Below, one piece after another: positions 1 through 15,308 of a stretch of DNA of 64,000 bases. The DNA is taken from positions 652,653 to 716,652 of the forward strand of contig JBLDXI010000014.1 in the NCBI GenBank assembly GCA_047495785.1, given 5' to 3'. Both the position numbers and the translations under genes were made by a program. The notes beneath the pieces were generated by a model. It was given only the letters and a program-made list of their open reading frames with translations, was not told the DNA's origin and did not search any database. Within the stretch, counting starts at the first letter, position 1, and each line of letters opens with the position of its first letter. Source of the stretch: Lepidodermella squamata. Lineage: Eukaryota > Animalia > Gastrotricha.

Positions 1-1
1 C

Positions 2-349
2 TTCAAAGTACCCGAAGTTATTCCATCAATAAACTCGTCATTAGTGAATGTCAACTATCACGTCGAAGTCGGATTCATAATTCCTCGAGCCTTTGATCTC
101 AAAGTTTATTTACCAGTCGTGATCGGAACGATACCGCGCCGAGGGGTCGTGACTTCCCAGCCCGGGTCACATTCTCGAAACGCGCCGTGGACTGGCAAGG
201 GTAGCCACAGCGTCAAGGGGCGACCTCCATCAGCCTCCACGTTCGAAACGCTGCCTCCTCACTACAGCAGCGTTGCGCAAGAACCTATCATCGCGATGCC
301 TCAGTGCTTTAAAAGTCTAGTAGCAGAAGCTGAGCCTATTCTGCAATAA
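2..349 (+). CDS. Alpha-arrestin (ARRDC-like) protein, 3' part; gene begins before the window
   Basis: Open frame from nt 2 (FKVPEVIPSINSSLVNVNYHVEV...LPVVIGTIP) matches the arrestin C-domain end. It is followed by a PPxY motif (LPPHY). Confidence 0.75.
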   Translation, partial: FKVPEVIPSINSSLVNVNYHVEVGFIIPRAFDLKVYLPVVIGTIPRRGVVTSQPGSHSRNAPWTGKGSHSVKGRPPSASTFETLPPHYSSVAQEPIIAMPQCFKSLVAEAEPILQ

Positions 350-1033
350 ACACTGTGTTCTTGATGTTCCTTGACCTAGTTAAAATCCGAACACGTGATC
401 ATTTATACTGGTTAAAGAGGAATTTATTGTTCTCTTGGCTATACATGTACCTAATTGTTGAATAATCTGTGCGATTTTTCTACTGGTGAATAAAATGGTC
501 CACTATGAATTGAGAGCAAATGATTTAAGAGTAAAGATATAATTCAAGAGCGCAACTGGAATTTTTATTCAGTTGAATCGCTTTAATGATACGCATCACC
601 AAATTCTCACCCCGGCACTGCGCAATATTATTTCGATAGCCATTCGTGGCGAGGATCATCACGTGAGTTTTGCGTTCGTCATTAGGTTTTGCACGTACCT
701 AATTGCGAAGCTGCAAGCGCAGTCAAACCGCAGCCGAATAAACCCGAAAAATGAACTTGCACCGTGAAGTTTTTGCTAATTCTTGAATATCAAACAGGTG
801 TTTGTAATTTTAATGGTTGTCGTAAATCGTAAATATCTGTTTGCCATTGATCGACCATTTTTAAACAAGCCTCCCATGGGGCCATATATACGCCTCCCAA
901 GTCGTTGTTCTTTCAGGTATATATCCTTGCTCTTATATCTTTTTGCTCTTATTTCGCTTGCTATATGCACGCGCAATCAATATCGAAGCCATAATCGACT
1001 AATATCACGGTAGTGCAAGTCAAGACTTAAATC

Positions 1034-2242
1034 ATGAAAATGGCTAGCAGTAGCAATGAGATCAAAGTTGAGGCAGATCCTTACTTATGGCCAATCAACG
1101 GTGGATTGCAGCCTCGCGAAACTGCTCTTGTTGTCATCGATATGCAGCAAGACTTCTGTGGCAAAGGTGGCTACGTGGATATGATGGGCTATGATGTCGA
1201 AGCCTTGCGAAAACCGATTGAACCTATTCAAAAAATTCTTACAGCTGTGCGAGCTATACCAGAATTTTTGATAATTCACACGCGTGAAGGCCATCGAACT
1301 GATTTATCCGACTGCCCCGAAAATAAACTGCTGAGAAGTAAGGCGATTGGTGCTGGCATTGGCGACCGCGGTCCTGCGGGGCGAATTCTGGTGCGAGGCG
1401 AGCGAGGTTGGGACATAATTGATGAATTGCGACCCCTCGACAACGAAATCATTGTGGACAAGCCGGGAAAGGGCGCATTCTACTCAACAGACTTGGAGCT
1501 CATTTTAAGAACCCGAGGAATAAAGAGCTTGATCATCTGCGGCGTTACGACAGATGTCTGTGTTCACACGACTATGCGGGATGCAAATGATCGTGGGTTC
1601 GAATGCTTACTGCTCGAGGACTGCTGTGGCGCCACTGATTTTGGAAATCACCTGGCTGCAGTAAAAATGGTGAAAATGTCAGGGTGAGTACGTAATGAAG
1701 TGTTTATTTGTTGAAGTATCTCACTTTGGTTGGAAAAGCTTGAAACCCAATGTTTTATTGTTTTCAGAGGGATTTTTGGGTCCGTTTCGAATTCAGGGTC
1801 CTTACTGAAAGCTTTACATCGGCTAAGCTCCTCGCCTGGGCTCATTCCGAACTCGAATACTAGCGCTGTGAAGCTAGCCGTCAACGGGACACTGATGCGT
1901 GGATTGGAACTGAATCAAAACCTTCTGAACGTCGGAGCTCGGTTTCTCTTCGAAGCTAAAACTGAGCCATGTTATCGGCTTTACTCCATCAATGACGTCC
2001 ACCCTGCTGCAGTCAGAGTTAGTAACGGCGGGTCTGCAATGGCTGTCGAGGTGTGGGAGGTTCCATCTGAAGGCTTGGCTGTTATCTTGCTGAAAGAGCC
2101 ACCAGGCCTCAGTATCGGGAAAATGAAGCTGGCTGACGGAACTGAAGTCCTTGGTGTACTTGGCGAGCCTGTTCTGTGCGAAAACATGCTTGAGATAACC
2201 AAGTTCGAAGGTTGGCGCAATTACATCGCCTCGAAAAAGTAA
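1034..2242 (+). CDS. Biuret-hydrolase-like cysteine hydrolase (isochorismatase family) fused to an allophanate-hydrolase C-terminal-like domain; 2 exons, ~374 aa
   Basis: Exon 1034-1683 has [25 protein letters not shown] and TTDVCV (D-K-C triad). A GT-AG intron at 1684-1767 restores KMSG/GIFG. Exon 2 has [34 protein letters not shown]...L.DG..VLG and IT.F.GWRNY. Confidence 0.85.
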
Positions 2243-2547
2243 CAGCAGAAACTAAATCGACATCATAGGAACTTTTGCCCCATGCGCCCCATGATCGATG
2301 TGTTTGAAATATAACTGAAAAACTGAAAAACCTTGACATACCACGTTGCGTAGTAGCCATCAGCATCATGCCTCTCAGTGCTTTATAAGTCTATTTTGTA
2401 ATAAGCATTGTCAAACAAACTGATATATTATTGCGTTTTTCTGCGAAATGTAAAAGTGTATATTTCAGCTTCAAAAGTACGTTTCAAGCGATGAAGTTCC
2501 CTCATCCATTCGAAAATGGAAACGTAGTCGCGTTAAAACGCCATACA

Positions 2548-3884
2548 TTACGCACCATATAAAACGAGAAGTTCAACTAGTTCGTCGAAGCCCATAGCTC
2601 TTGCGATCATAACAGGCGTTGAATTTTCGTTGATTTTCAGCTTGGGGTAAGCGCGTTTCGTTTTGACGTTGACATCAGCTCCATAGTCGAGAAGAATTTT
2701 CGCTATTTCCATCCTGTTGTGACAACATGCGATCGCCAGCGGGGAGAAGCCGTCTGTATCAACGCTGTTCACGGCTGCCCCAAGGCGTATCACCCGACGT
2801 GTCAGATCAGCATCGCCTGATGCAGCGCACTTCATTAACGGCGTGGAATTATCCGAGGGATCTCGCTGATTCACGTCGGCCCCGTTATCCAGCAAGATGC
2901 GAATAATTTCGGGGTAATTTATACTCTTCCTCCTCAGAGCATTCCCTGCTGGTTTCCCAAGCTCCAAGCTTCCTCCTCCTTTCTCGCTAAGGATAGGAAG
3001 AGGAAGGTTACGAAATGCTGCCATGAGTCTGAAATGATCATCAACATCAATAATCAAGATGATGGATTTTCAAAGAGAGATTCGTAAGCAAAAAGCAAAA
3101 ATTATTTCACTTACGGGGATAGTCCACGGCTATCGTGAATATCTACCGGTGCCCCAGCTGCAATCAGGAGGTTGACGACATCTGTGAACCCTCGCTGAGC
3201 TGCTCGAAGTAACAAGGTTGTTCCGTCGGACATTTTGAAGTTAACTTCAGCGTCGTAATCAATCAGAAGTCGCGTTATGGAAACAAAGCCGAAATTGACG
3301 GCCGAAAATATAGCTGGAGACCCGTCAACATCGGCCATGTTAACATCCGCGCCTCGCATAAGCAGCAGTTTACACATTTCAAGATGGCCATTCGAGACGG
3401 CGTAGAATAACGCGGACCAGCCGCAGCGATTCTCCGCGTTCAAGTCAGCGCCTCGATCTAGCAATAATGCGACGGTAACAGTGTGACCAGCCGCCGCTGA
3501 TCTCATCAAAGCAGTCCATTTATCAGCATCCCGCTGGTTAACATCAGCGCCGCTGTCGATGAGTTGACTCACGATCTCGCTGTGCCCGTTTTCAGCTGCT
3601 TTTATCAGGGGTGTGTAACCGTCGTATGAGGGCGAATTAACGCAGGCGTGGTTCTGAAGCAGTAGTTTAACCATCTCACTATCGCCGTTGTTCGATGCCC
3701 ACATTAAGCTAGACCAGCCGTCACAATCGCAATAGTTGACGTCGGCATTTTGGGAGAGATAATGTTGGACCTTTCGCGTGTCACTCAATTTCACCGCTGT
3801 TATCAAACCCACATTCAAAGGATCCGGCTCGATTTCCTCTGCCGATGTGGAATTGTACTCCGCCATTGTATTCAGATTTTTCAC
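2548..3884 (-). CDS. Ankyrin-repeat protein, 2 exons
   Basis: Many G.TPL..AA..G...V..LL..GADVN repeats. An intron at ~3030-3114 joins SP/LMAA in frame. Confidence 0.85.
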
Positions 3885-5364
3885 GTTTATGGAAAGCGGA
3901 AAAATGAATCAAAAATTGTCTTGAAGCTACACCGCAGTCATACAAGCATATGTTTTTCACCGACAGGATTGAGTAATTTCGTAGTTTTTATTCTTATTCA
4001 TTGAGAGAATTACCCATGTTTCATCTTGAATCGTCAACGTATTTTGCTGTTATAACAATTTGAGCACGTTAAAAGCGCTCTTGTTTCCCGCGACACAGGA
4101 CAGGGATCGTTTGGTCACGCCTATATGAATAATAATAATGAATAGTAATTTTGAGCCACGGCTTTTGTGTAACAAGCTGAAGTCAGCTTAAGAAAAAACA
4201 AAGCTGAAAGTTATATAATAGGGTGCGAACGACATGTCGTATAATCTTTGTTACAGGACTTGCGACGGTAAAGTACAACGGTTATATAAACTTGGCGTGT
4301 TCCTCAGCTTTCATTTCTCGGCGGAACTTTTTGAAAGCTACGTCATTAACGAGCATCAAATTAGCTTCAGGATTATTTCCACCTTCTACAACTGAAGCTG
4401 AGGCCTAAAAACCAGTTTAAAATTTGTTTAAATCAATATGAAAGAATTATCCAAAATACTATTAGGATCTCGGCATTTTTACGCTTTTCGATACGACGAC
4501 TCCATTTTCTTTTTGCTATTTTGCTTTTTGGGTTGTGCACTTGTTTACGTGATACGATGTACGATAATGGAGCTCATTTACCTCATTTTTATATATAACT
4601 GTGCAAGTGGCGCATTGCAAGATTGATAACCATTGGTATACAGGTATAAATTCCGCGATGATTGACTGCATAATTCACCGCCTACCTCATCTCGGTTCGC
4701 ATCTGTTAACAATGCGAAAAACTCATTCCTAAAATAACCCACTTTTATATACAGCACAATGAGGTTTCGGTACTTGAACATATAATGTAAATGGCGATGA
4801 TTACGATAAAGAAATACTACGACCACCTACTATCCTATGGCAAAGTGATTGTGTTTGGAGCTTTCATTTTATATGGCGTGATATAGGCTGACCGGCGATA
4901 TACGTATATAAAATAATGGAATATGCGTATATTTAGCGTTATTTATAAATGGCGGAAAGAAATAACGCACCGCCTTGCGCCGGGTGTCGGTACATCATGC
5001 GGCTGGCTATTTTGGCTTTTCGCCTTCTGCGCGCTCTCTCAGAGAGCAAACGAATTTTTTAGACATTTTTCCTGCGTTTGCTCTTAGCAAGCATTGAAGG
5101 TATAGAAGTATACATAAGCGTGCATCGTTTTTTATGATATACAATAATATACATACGATTATTTTACATATTATATTATTCAACTCATAGTTTCAATGTG
5201 CCATATTATATAAAACAAATACGGCATACAGCATAAGTGTCGCAGTGAAAGTTGCCAAAAAAACTCGACCAAAACTTGGAGTTGGGCCCATTTTTTCTGT
5301 GTCCCAAATTACACTCTTTCTGGAAAATTTGTAGACATTTTTACCTCAATCTTTGCGATGTGAC

Positions 5365-6712
5365 ATGGTCCTACAATCGCTTAGCATTTGCATCGGCGAG
5401 GAGAAATGTTTCTACCCTGGCGAGTTAGTGGCTGGCCATTGCCAACTAATTGTCGACAGCGAAGAGCCAATGGAACTGACGAGCGTGATTGTCAAAATTC
5501 ACGGCGTTGCCAAGGTTTCATGGTCGGAAACCTTCACTACGACAGATAGCAGCGGGACCCATGGCCAGGTTCACACAGTTTGGTACATAGATAGTCTGAC
5601 ACTCCTTTCAAAGAAACAAGAGATTCACATTCAAAATGGTAAGTGGGCTCACTCGTTTCTCATTTTTCATTTTTAAATAGATTGAAATTTTAGGGCGCCT
5701 GGAACCAGGGAAGCACAACCTTCCATTCGCATTTCACCTGAAACCAAAGTTGGCGAAATTTCATTTTTACAAATTCTGAAGCTAATTTGCTGTTTTTCCT
5801 AGTATTTCGCCATCATTCGATGGGACTTACGGCAACATAAGATATTGGTTGGAGGTGATAACGAAACCCAGCAGTCTAAATACAAAGATTACCATGCCTT
5901 TCAAAGTTCTCCAACCTATTGACCTCACAATGCCCGCGCATTCGGTAAATTAAATCGGCGATATTCTCATAATATTGTTTTCAATCTTCGATTACTTGCA
6001 TTCTACAGCTCCCTGTGAATGGTGCAGAATCCCGCTCTTTGTGTTGCTGCTTCCACAACGAAGGAGTTCTTTCAATAAAAGCTCGAACTGATCGCACGGC
6101 ATATTGCTCAGGTATGTTTTTGACCATCTATGTCGGTTCGATATCGATCCTTTCTTTTGCTTTTTAGGCGATTTTATTACGCTGTCTGGTACGTTTGACA
6201 ACGGCTCGAAGCGGAAGGCTAAAATTTCCGCCAAGTTGGTTCAAAAGCAAACAATAATTACGCGAGGTGGTCGGAGTAAAGTCCACACAACAAGTTGGCC
6301 ATTGAACCCTGTTGACACCGATCAGCCATCGTCTTATAACCCGGTTGTTAGCAAACGAAGCGCGATGTCCTGGGAAAATGAACGCTTTATCCTGCCAGAT
6401 GTCCCGGTGTCATCGAGCTGCTCGGTTATCACCGTTAGTTACCACATAGAGATTGGTTTGACAGTTCAAAACATGGCGATGATGTTCGTAAAACTGCCGA
6501 TAATTGTCGGAATTTTGCCGACGCGGAAGTATCGCCTATCGTTATCTCCGTCTTCATCGCAGCAGAGTGCGGTTGATTCTTCAATGCTATCGACAATAGT
6601 TGCGCGTCAACACTCGATTTCTTCGTCATCAACTACTTCATTTTTCTCGGATTTACCTCCGAGTTACCACGAAACTATGTCTGCTTTATCAGCGCTTGCA
6701 TCGCCCGCGTGA
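5365..6712 (+). CDS. Alpha-arrestin (ARRDC-like) protein, multi-exon
   Basis: FYPGELVAG, IHGVAKVSW, PGKHNLPFAF, PSFDGTYGNIRY, V.LPIIVG and a C-terminal LPPSY motif, with short GT-AG introns between the segments. Confidence 0.85.
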
Positions 6713-6838
6713 GTCTCCGAATACCCGTTAATTTTATACGAAACGACCAATTATTCACTTTTCAAACACGCTTTTATATTGTTTTTGCGCCAAAAATAAA
6801 TCAGTTTTGATTCGATAGAGTATTATAAAACTGGATTT

Positions 6839-7842
6839 TTATGAAAAAGCTACGGTGCAATCGAAAAATGATGCTATGAAGGCTCTTAGAAGTGACATAA
6901 TCACGCCAGTTTGACTCGTGCCTCTTTTGGCTGTTACAAGCTCGCCCGTGGAAATAGAGATAGCTGGAGATGAGTCTGAGGTTTTTTGGTGTTGCATCAA
7001 AGTTGGCATAATTTCGTAATGTCCCCGTTCAGCCGCAACCATTAACGCATTCCGGCCTTCGCCAATATCGTCAGCAGCTTTCATCGTCTTGTAAGTTGCG
7101 TCCGCACCGTAAGACAACAGCAGTTGAACCATTTCTAGGATGCATAAGAGATGAGGCTGGGAATAAAAATTAAAGTTATGTTGTTTTCACCTTTTTGACC
7201 GTTGTAAGCTGCTTCGATGAGAGGTGTCAGGTTATCGGAAGCATTCACGTGGTTGACCATGGCACCGGCATCAAGCAATAGCTTAGCAACATCACAATGG
7301 CCGTTCGAAGCAGCAAAAATCAGAGGAACCGCTCCCCATTTGTCTCGCTGATTAACTAAAGCGCCGCTTCTTAGTAACATCCTAACAATCTCAGTATGGC
7401 CACCAGCACTTGCGTAAAACAGAGCTGACCAGCCGTCGTTATTTCTCACGGCAATTAAATTAGGATAATTGTTGAGGACGACGCCCGTGGAATGTTGAAC
7501 GAAAACTCGAACTACTTCGTGATATCCATTTTCAGACGCTGCGTGAAGGGCCGTGCATCCGTCGACATCAGTCGTACAAAAATCAGCCCCTCTGCCTAAC
7601 AGCAATAAAACCGTGTCCAACTGGCCAAATCTTGCGGCTTCTATTAAGGCAGTAGTTCTTGTATACGCCGCTTGTTCATTGACGTTACTGCCTTGGTCAA
7701 TTAGGCTTTGAACTAGCGTTAAATTTCCGATTTTCGCCGCGGCAATGAGTGGCGTCGAGCCAAAGGTCAAATCGTCGTCGACTCCTGAATCTGCGTCATT
7801 GCTTTGCACGACTACGTGATAGTGACCGACATCTCGGCGCAT
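6839..7842 (-). CDS. Ankyrin-repeat protein, 2 exons
   Basis: Ankyrin consensus repeats in ORFs 7135-7842 and 6839-7132, separated by a short intron. Confidence 0.8.
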
Positions 7843-8245
7843 GTTATCAATGTACTAGAAAAATTGAAGTTTATAAATTTCCGAAATTTCTCTAGAAAAA
7901 AATCGCAGACCTGATGATTAAACTTCCGCTTTCCACATTTTTTACAGCGCGCATGCCACAGCATGGCGTGACTTATTGGAAGAAACAATCAATTCAAATC
8001 ATCTAAAAAATAATTGAGAAGCGGAAATAGGAAAAAGCTTTGCGTATATTGCCCCAAAAAAATCGATTGGACGAGACAAAAGTAAACGTGAAAAAAACAC
8101 GGGAAGCATATATCTTTTAAAGAACAAATGATTTTAAAGAACGCTGCTAAAAAATATATTCAATAGTTGATGTAAATGAACAAGGGAAAACTGAGATTGC
8201 ACGGAAAACTTGACTAGTGGCAATGAAAAATTGGAATAATCATGT

Positions 8246-9463
8246 TTAATCTTGACTGTCCACGTCATCTTTCGTCGCGATTGAGTACGCCGTATCGCCA
8301 TCCTCGCTTACTGCCTCAAAATCAGCGCCGGCTTCAATGAGGATCTTGGCCTGATCGATCAGCGCCCGTTTCGCTGCGATCATCAACACAGTATAACCAG
8401 CTCCATAACCAAAAGCTCGCGTCGTAGACTTTGAATTAATCTGTGCTCCAGCACTGATTAAGGTTTTCATTGATTCCATAGAACCGCTGTTTGCAAGTAG
8501 GTAGAACAAAGCTGTCCAGCCGTAGTCGTCTACAGCTTCGATATCAGCGGCGCCTTCGATGAGGTATTGAATAGTAATTGGACCAGCAGTCGCCGCTGCC
8601 CAATGCAACGCCGTCCTACCCAAATTATCACGCATCGTGACATCAGCACCTCGCTCCAGTAGCATTTTCACAACCTCGCTGTGGTCATTGCCCGATGCCC
8701 AAAACAGCGCTGTTTCGCCAAGTTGATTAGCAGCGTTAATATCGGCACCAAATTCGAATAAAAATCGTGAAATTTCAAGATGGCCGCGTCGGCACGCTTT
8801 CATCAGCGGCGTCCAGCCGGCAAGGTCACGTTGGTTAACATCGGCGCCCAATTTAGTCAAAACCTGAAGGGCGTCAAAATTACCGATGCGGGCGCATCGA
8901 CCCGAGGCAGATTCCCCGTTGCAATCTGTTGCCTCAATATTAGCGCCTGATTTAACCAGATATGTTGCTACTTCGCCGCTGCCACCGTTTACGCTCCAGT
9001 GAAGAGGGGTTGCGCGATTGACGTCGACAGCTTGAATATCTGCTCCTTTTCGCGCCAGTATTTCAACAATTTCAAGTTGGGAATTCCAGCCGGCTTGCAT
9101 TAATGCCGTCATGCCAAATTTATTCCGGGAATCGATTTTAGCTCCGATTTCTGATTGACGACAAGCAAAAATTGTTATGCAATTAGTTTATGAAAAAAAT
9201 GATATGGCTAATTTATTACCTAGAAGAAATAGTACCATATCCTCGTGTCCTCGCCCGGCAGCCAAAATGAGAGGAGTCTGCTCAGTGCTGCTGTCGCAGG
9301 TGCATATTGCGTTGACATCGGCGCCTTTGGCAATAATCAGCCTGGCAGCGTCTAAATGGCCACTCCAAACCGCCTGGGCCAAGTAGCGTGACAATTCGTC
9401 GATGGGTGCAACGAAAACGTCATCGCCATCATCGTCATCGCATAGCAACTGGTCATCGTCCAT
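8246..9463 (-). CDS. Ankyrin-repeat protein, 2 exons
   Basis: Ankyrin repeats in ORFs 9188-9463 and 8246-9112, with a splice donor near 9219 and an acceptor near 9151. Confidence 0.85.
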
Positions 9464-10304
9464 TTAGCAATTCTTCAAGTGCTTCTTGTTTTCACAGGCA
9501 TTTCTCTGCGTCCTTGAAACTGTGTGCTAATAATATTTATAGCAAAATTTGTGTTTTGATTTGAGTTATATTACCTTTTCACATGCAGGTAAACATGAAG
9601 TAGTGATAATTTGCGATATTTTGGCTATTGAGCCGGAGACGAGCTTCTATTTATCAGAGCGCGGCGGAAATATAACTATCGATGTTGTTTTTGCTGATTT
9701 ATTTCGGCAAATTGCTGACAACACACAGATTCTGCGCGTCTTTCATGTGATATATAAGGATTCCTGAATAAAAATACTACAGTCGTAAATCAGGCAGAGT
9801 TCTTTGAATTAAAACCGCAGTAGTAATGGAATTCAAGCACTAGCGCGATCGACGTCAGTAATTTATTACTAGTAACAAAAGTAAAGTACTGGCGTACTTT
9901 TTACGCTCGTTATGCTGTTAGGCGCGCTCGATCGATTTGTTTTTATTTTTACGCGCCAGCTCTCGAGGTGCCACGAGGCACACAGGTGGGTGATGTGTCT
10001 TTTTTTACCCAGCATCATAGCTTGCAAAATTTGACAATACCATCTCCGTTATATTGTCACTATATTCGCAGCTGGCGTAATCGGCTAAGCGCCTGTAGGC
10101 CTTTTGTGGATGTGCACTAAAAAAGCGGCCCCATCGCCTATTCTTTCATATCCGGCGAAATAATGCAATACTATAATAAAAAATTTAATTTAATATGAAA
10201 ATAGTCTAAATCGATTTTATTAGAATATCTTTAATGTCATTTTCGTGTGTTCGAGTCAGTTGGAGACTGACCGAATTACATAAGTAAAAATAGGATCAAA
10301 AATA

Positions 10305-10835
10305 TCATCTGTGTTCTAGCTCGTTCATTAGCTTCGATCTCACTTCCATGAGAATTTTACCGAGCCGATTTTGGCCGCGCCATTCAGTTTGATCGGTCGC
10401 CCGGGGATCTGTCGTGCCAAGGCCGATACCCCAAATCAAGTCATTCGGCGCCGCTTCCACCAAATAATATTTGCTTGTTTTCAGCAGCTTCACTTTTAAA
10501 TCCTCATTTTGACGAAATTTAGCTTCGACTGCTGCCGTCATCGCTTCGTAGCTGGCATCGTTCCACACCGCTACATCGAAGTTCCGAACTTTCCCACCGT
10601 AAGCCTTTTGTTTACCAGGCTCCTTTGTGGCTAAAATGTTGGCCATCATTTCTTGGTCATTGAATATTTCTGCTTTCCGATATTGAAAGTAATGCTCGCC
10701 GCAGTTGAATTTCAAACCATTGATTTCGTAATTTGAAGGATGAAAATTGCTCATGAAGCTTTTTGTGCTGTAAAATAGCATGCACTCAAAGCTTTCACCG
10801 TTCGCTCGTCGACAATTGATGATATTTTCAGGCAT
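10305..10835 (-). CDS. NADAR-family (YbiA-like) N-glycosidase
   Basis: FMSNFHP, F.CGEHYFQYRKA..F.D, K..G..V.NFD...W, AKF.QN..L...LL.T, LVEAAPND.IWGIG and WRGQNRLGKILMEVR. Confidence 0.9.
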   Translation of the reverse strand: MPENIINCRRANGESFECMLFYSTKSFMSNFHPSNYEINGLKFNCGEHYFQYRKAEIFNDQEMMANILATKEPGKQKAYGGKVRNFDVAVWNDASYEAMTAAVEAKFRQNEDLKVKLLKTSKYYLVEAAPNDLIWGIGLGTTDPRATDQTEWRGQNRLGKILMEVRSKLMNELEHR

Positions 10836-11564
10836 TCTCTAAATGATAATAAGAAACAATATTACCTAATGGCAAGTTCTAATCAGTTTTGAGATTATAT
10901 ACTTGAGCATTTGGTATTGCATCAAGTATGATTCATCGCTTTATGAATCACACCGCAACCAGCTGAGTCAGTGATTCGTGTCTCAAATAAAGGTTCAAAA
11001 TAATAGGGTCAAGCTACTTTTACATAGTTTTTCGCGATCATGCAGAGGGGTGAGATTTTTTTCATTCGACACGCGGTGACTTCTTTTACCCGAAAAATCG
11101 ACTACCCGGAGAATTACCCGGCATGAGTTGTTTCTCAGAACAAAGTGCGTTTCAAGCGCAGGAGATAAAAAATTAGTTGTGAAGTCAGGTTTCGTTCCAT
11201 TCCACAGCATTATTCAGATCCCCAGTGGGCTCTTTTAGAGGTCGGAGAGGTAGCTCAGCAATGCGCACGGAAAAAAATAGAACTGTCGGGGAAAAATTGA
11301 GACAGTTACCTAGCTATCTAAGAAAAAGTACTGCAAGGCTACGTACAAATATCCATTTTAGCGCACACACCAAATACGAACCACTCCGAAAATAATACTC
11401 CTAGATTTTAGAGTAAACATCTTTTTTAATAAAAATTAGCAATAATTTATTTCTAATTCAGCCACAGTCATTTACAATCGTTAGAATATTTTTGAGTATA
11501 AAACCCATTACAATGACGTTCAAAACGTACACTATAGCTAAAACTTTGGTGACAGTTTCCGGGT

Positions 11565-14225
<2,661 letters not shown>

Positions 14226-14705
14226 ATTTTTTGACAGTGTACAACGGTGAAACCTATTTGTACCTTCTATAAGATAGGCTAGGAAAGATAGGCGGCTTGA
14301 CAGTGGCTTCACAAGGCTCGATTTTATGCAGTTGGGGTGTCGTTCTTGCCCGCCGGCCACCAACTGCACAGCTGTCGCTAAGCAACTAATCACTCAATTT
14401 TGAACAGTAATAAAAATTGTTTTAAAAATATTGCAAAAATAGCTAGAAAAAAATTATTATCAAATTTTATTTTATTGTGTTACTACAGACGCTTCCACGT
14501 TGTGCAACCCTTAAGGCTCGGATGCCGAACGCATCTAATCTATCGCCGCTGATTATTTATGAGCCTAGCGCCCATTTCTCGACCGCATGCCTGAGTTTGA
14601 GGTTGAGGATGACGAAATTGAGGCACAGCGGCTTGCTGTTCTGCGAGTTTTATAACATATATTTGAATTGAAGAAGTACTGGGGCTTTCTAAGGGCTATT
14701 GGGAC

Positions 14706-14860
14706 CAGTGTCGAAGATGGCGGGGGACGGGGGGGGGACTGTCCCTGACCACAGGGGGGACCCTTATGTTTTTTCCCTGGCCCCTGCGGAAACTTGAGCG
14801 ATATAAGGGGGGACCCTTACCTATATCCCCCTTTCGGCAAAATTTCCATCTTCTACACTG
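14706..14860. mobile_element. 155-bp hAT-like MITE
   Basis: TIRs CAGTGTCGAAGATGG / CCATCTTCTACACTG (1 mismatch) and a perfect 8-bp TSD ATTGGGAC at 14698-14705 and 14861-14868. Confidence 0.85.
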
Positions 14861-15308
14861 ATTGGGACTCTCTGGCTAGACTCTGCTGAATGAGCTGCAA
14901 TAAAATTTAACATTGGAGCTGCGAGTAAGGTAGAAGAGGAATGTTGACTTGATGATTCAATTTTCTTCTAAATTGTTGGCGTACGCATAATTTTTAAATC
15001 ACATGAGACTCGAGAAGGTTCGATGACTAGCCTTTCGTACAAAGGAAAAGCCGAGTTCAGAACAAAGTACTTTGGTGCGTAGCATTTTGTCCTTCTATTT
15101 TAGATAATTCGAAATAGCATTGGCAATTTAATATCACTTCTTGTCGCTTAGAAGTGGCCTTTTCTTGAATTCCAGAAATTACGTCGATCAATTACTTGCA
15201 TGCACATACTTACTCAGCGTAAAATATCGTGACCGTATTCGGAAATACTTTTTCTCACAATGTTTATACCACTCATGTTTAGAGTCTAGTTACCTAATAT
15301 TTGAATTA

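Noticed and set aside
1034-2242. Bacterial contamination or a two-gene operon
   Set aside because: A canonical GT-AG intron joins the ORFs and restores a conserved motif, and the neighbours are intron-containing animal genes.
4223-5250. Short ORFs or a possible repeat in the intergenic region
   Set aside because: No motifs, TIRs or TSD could be identified.
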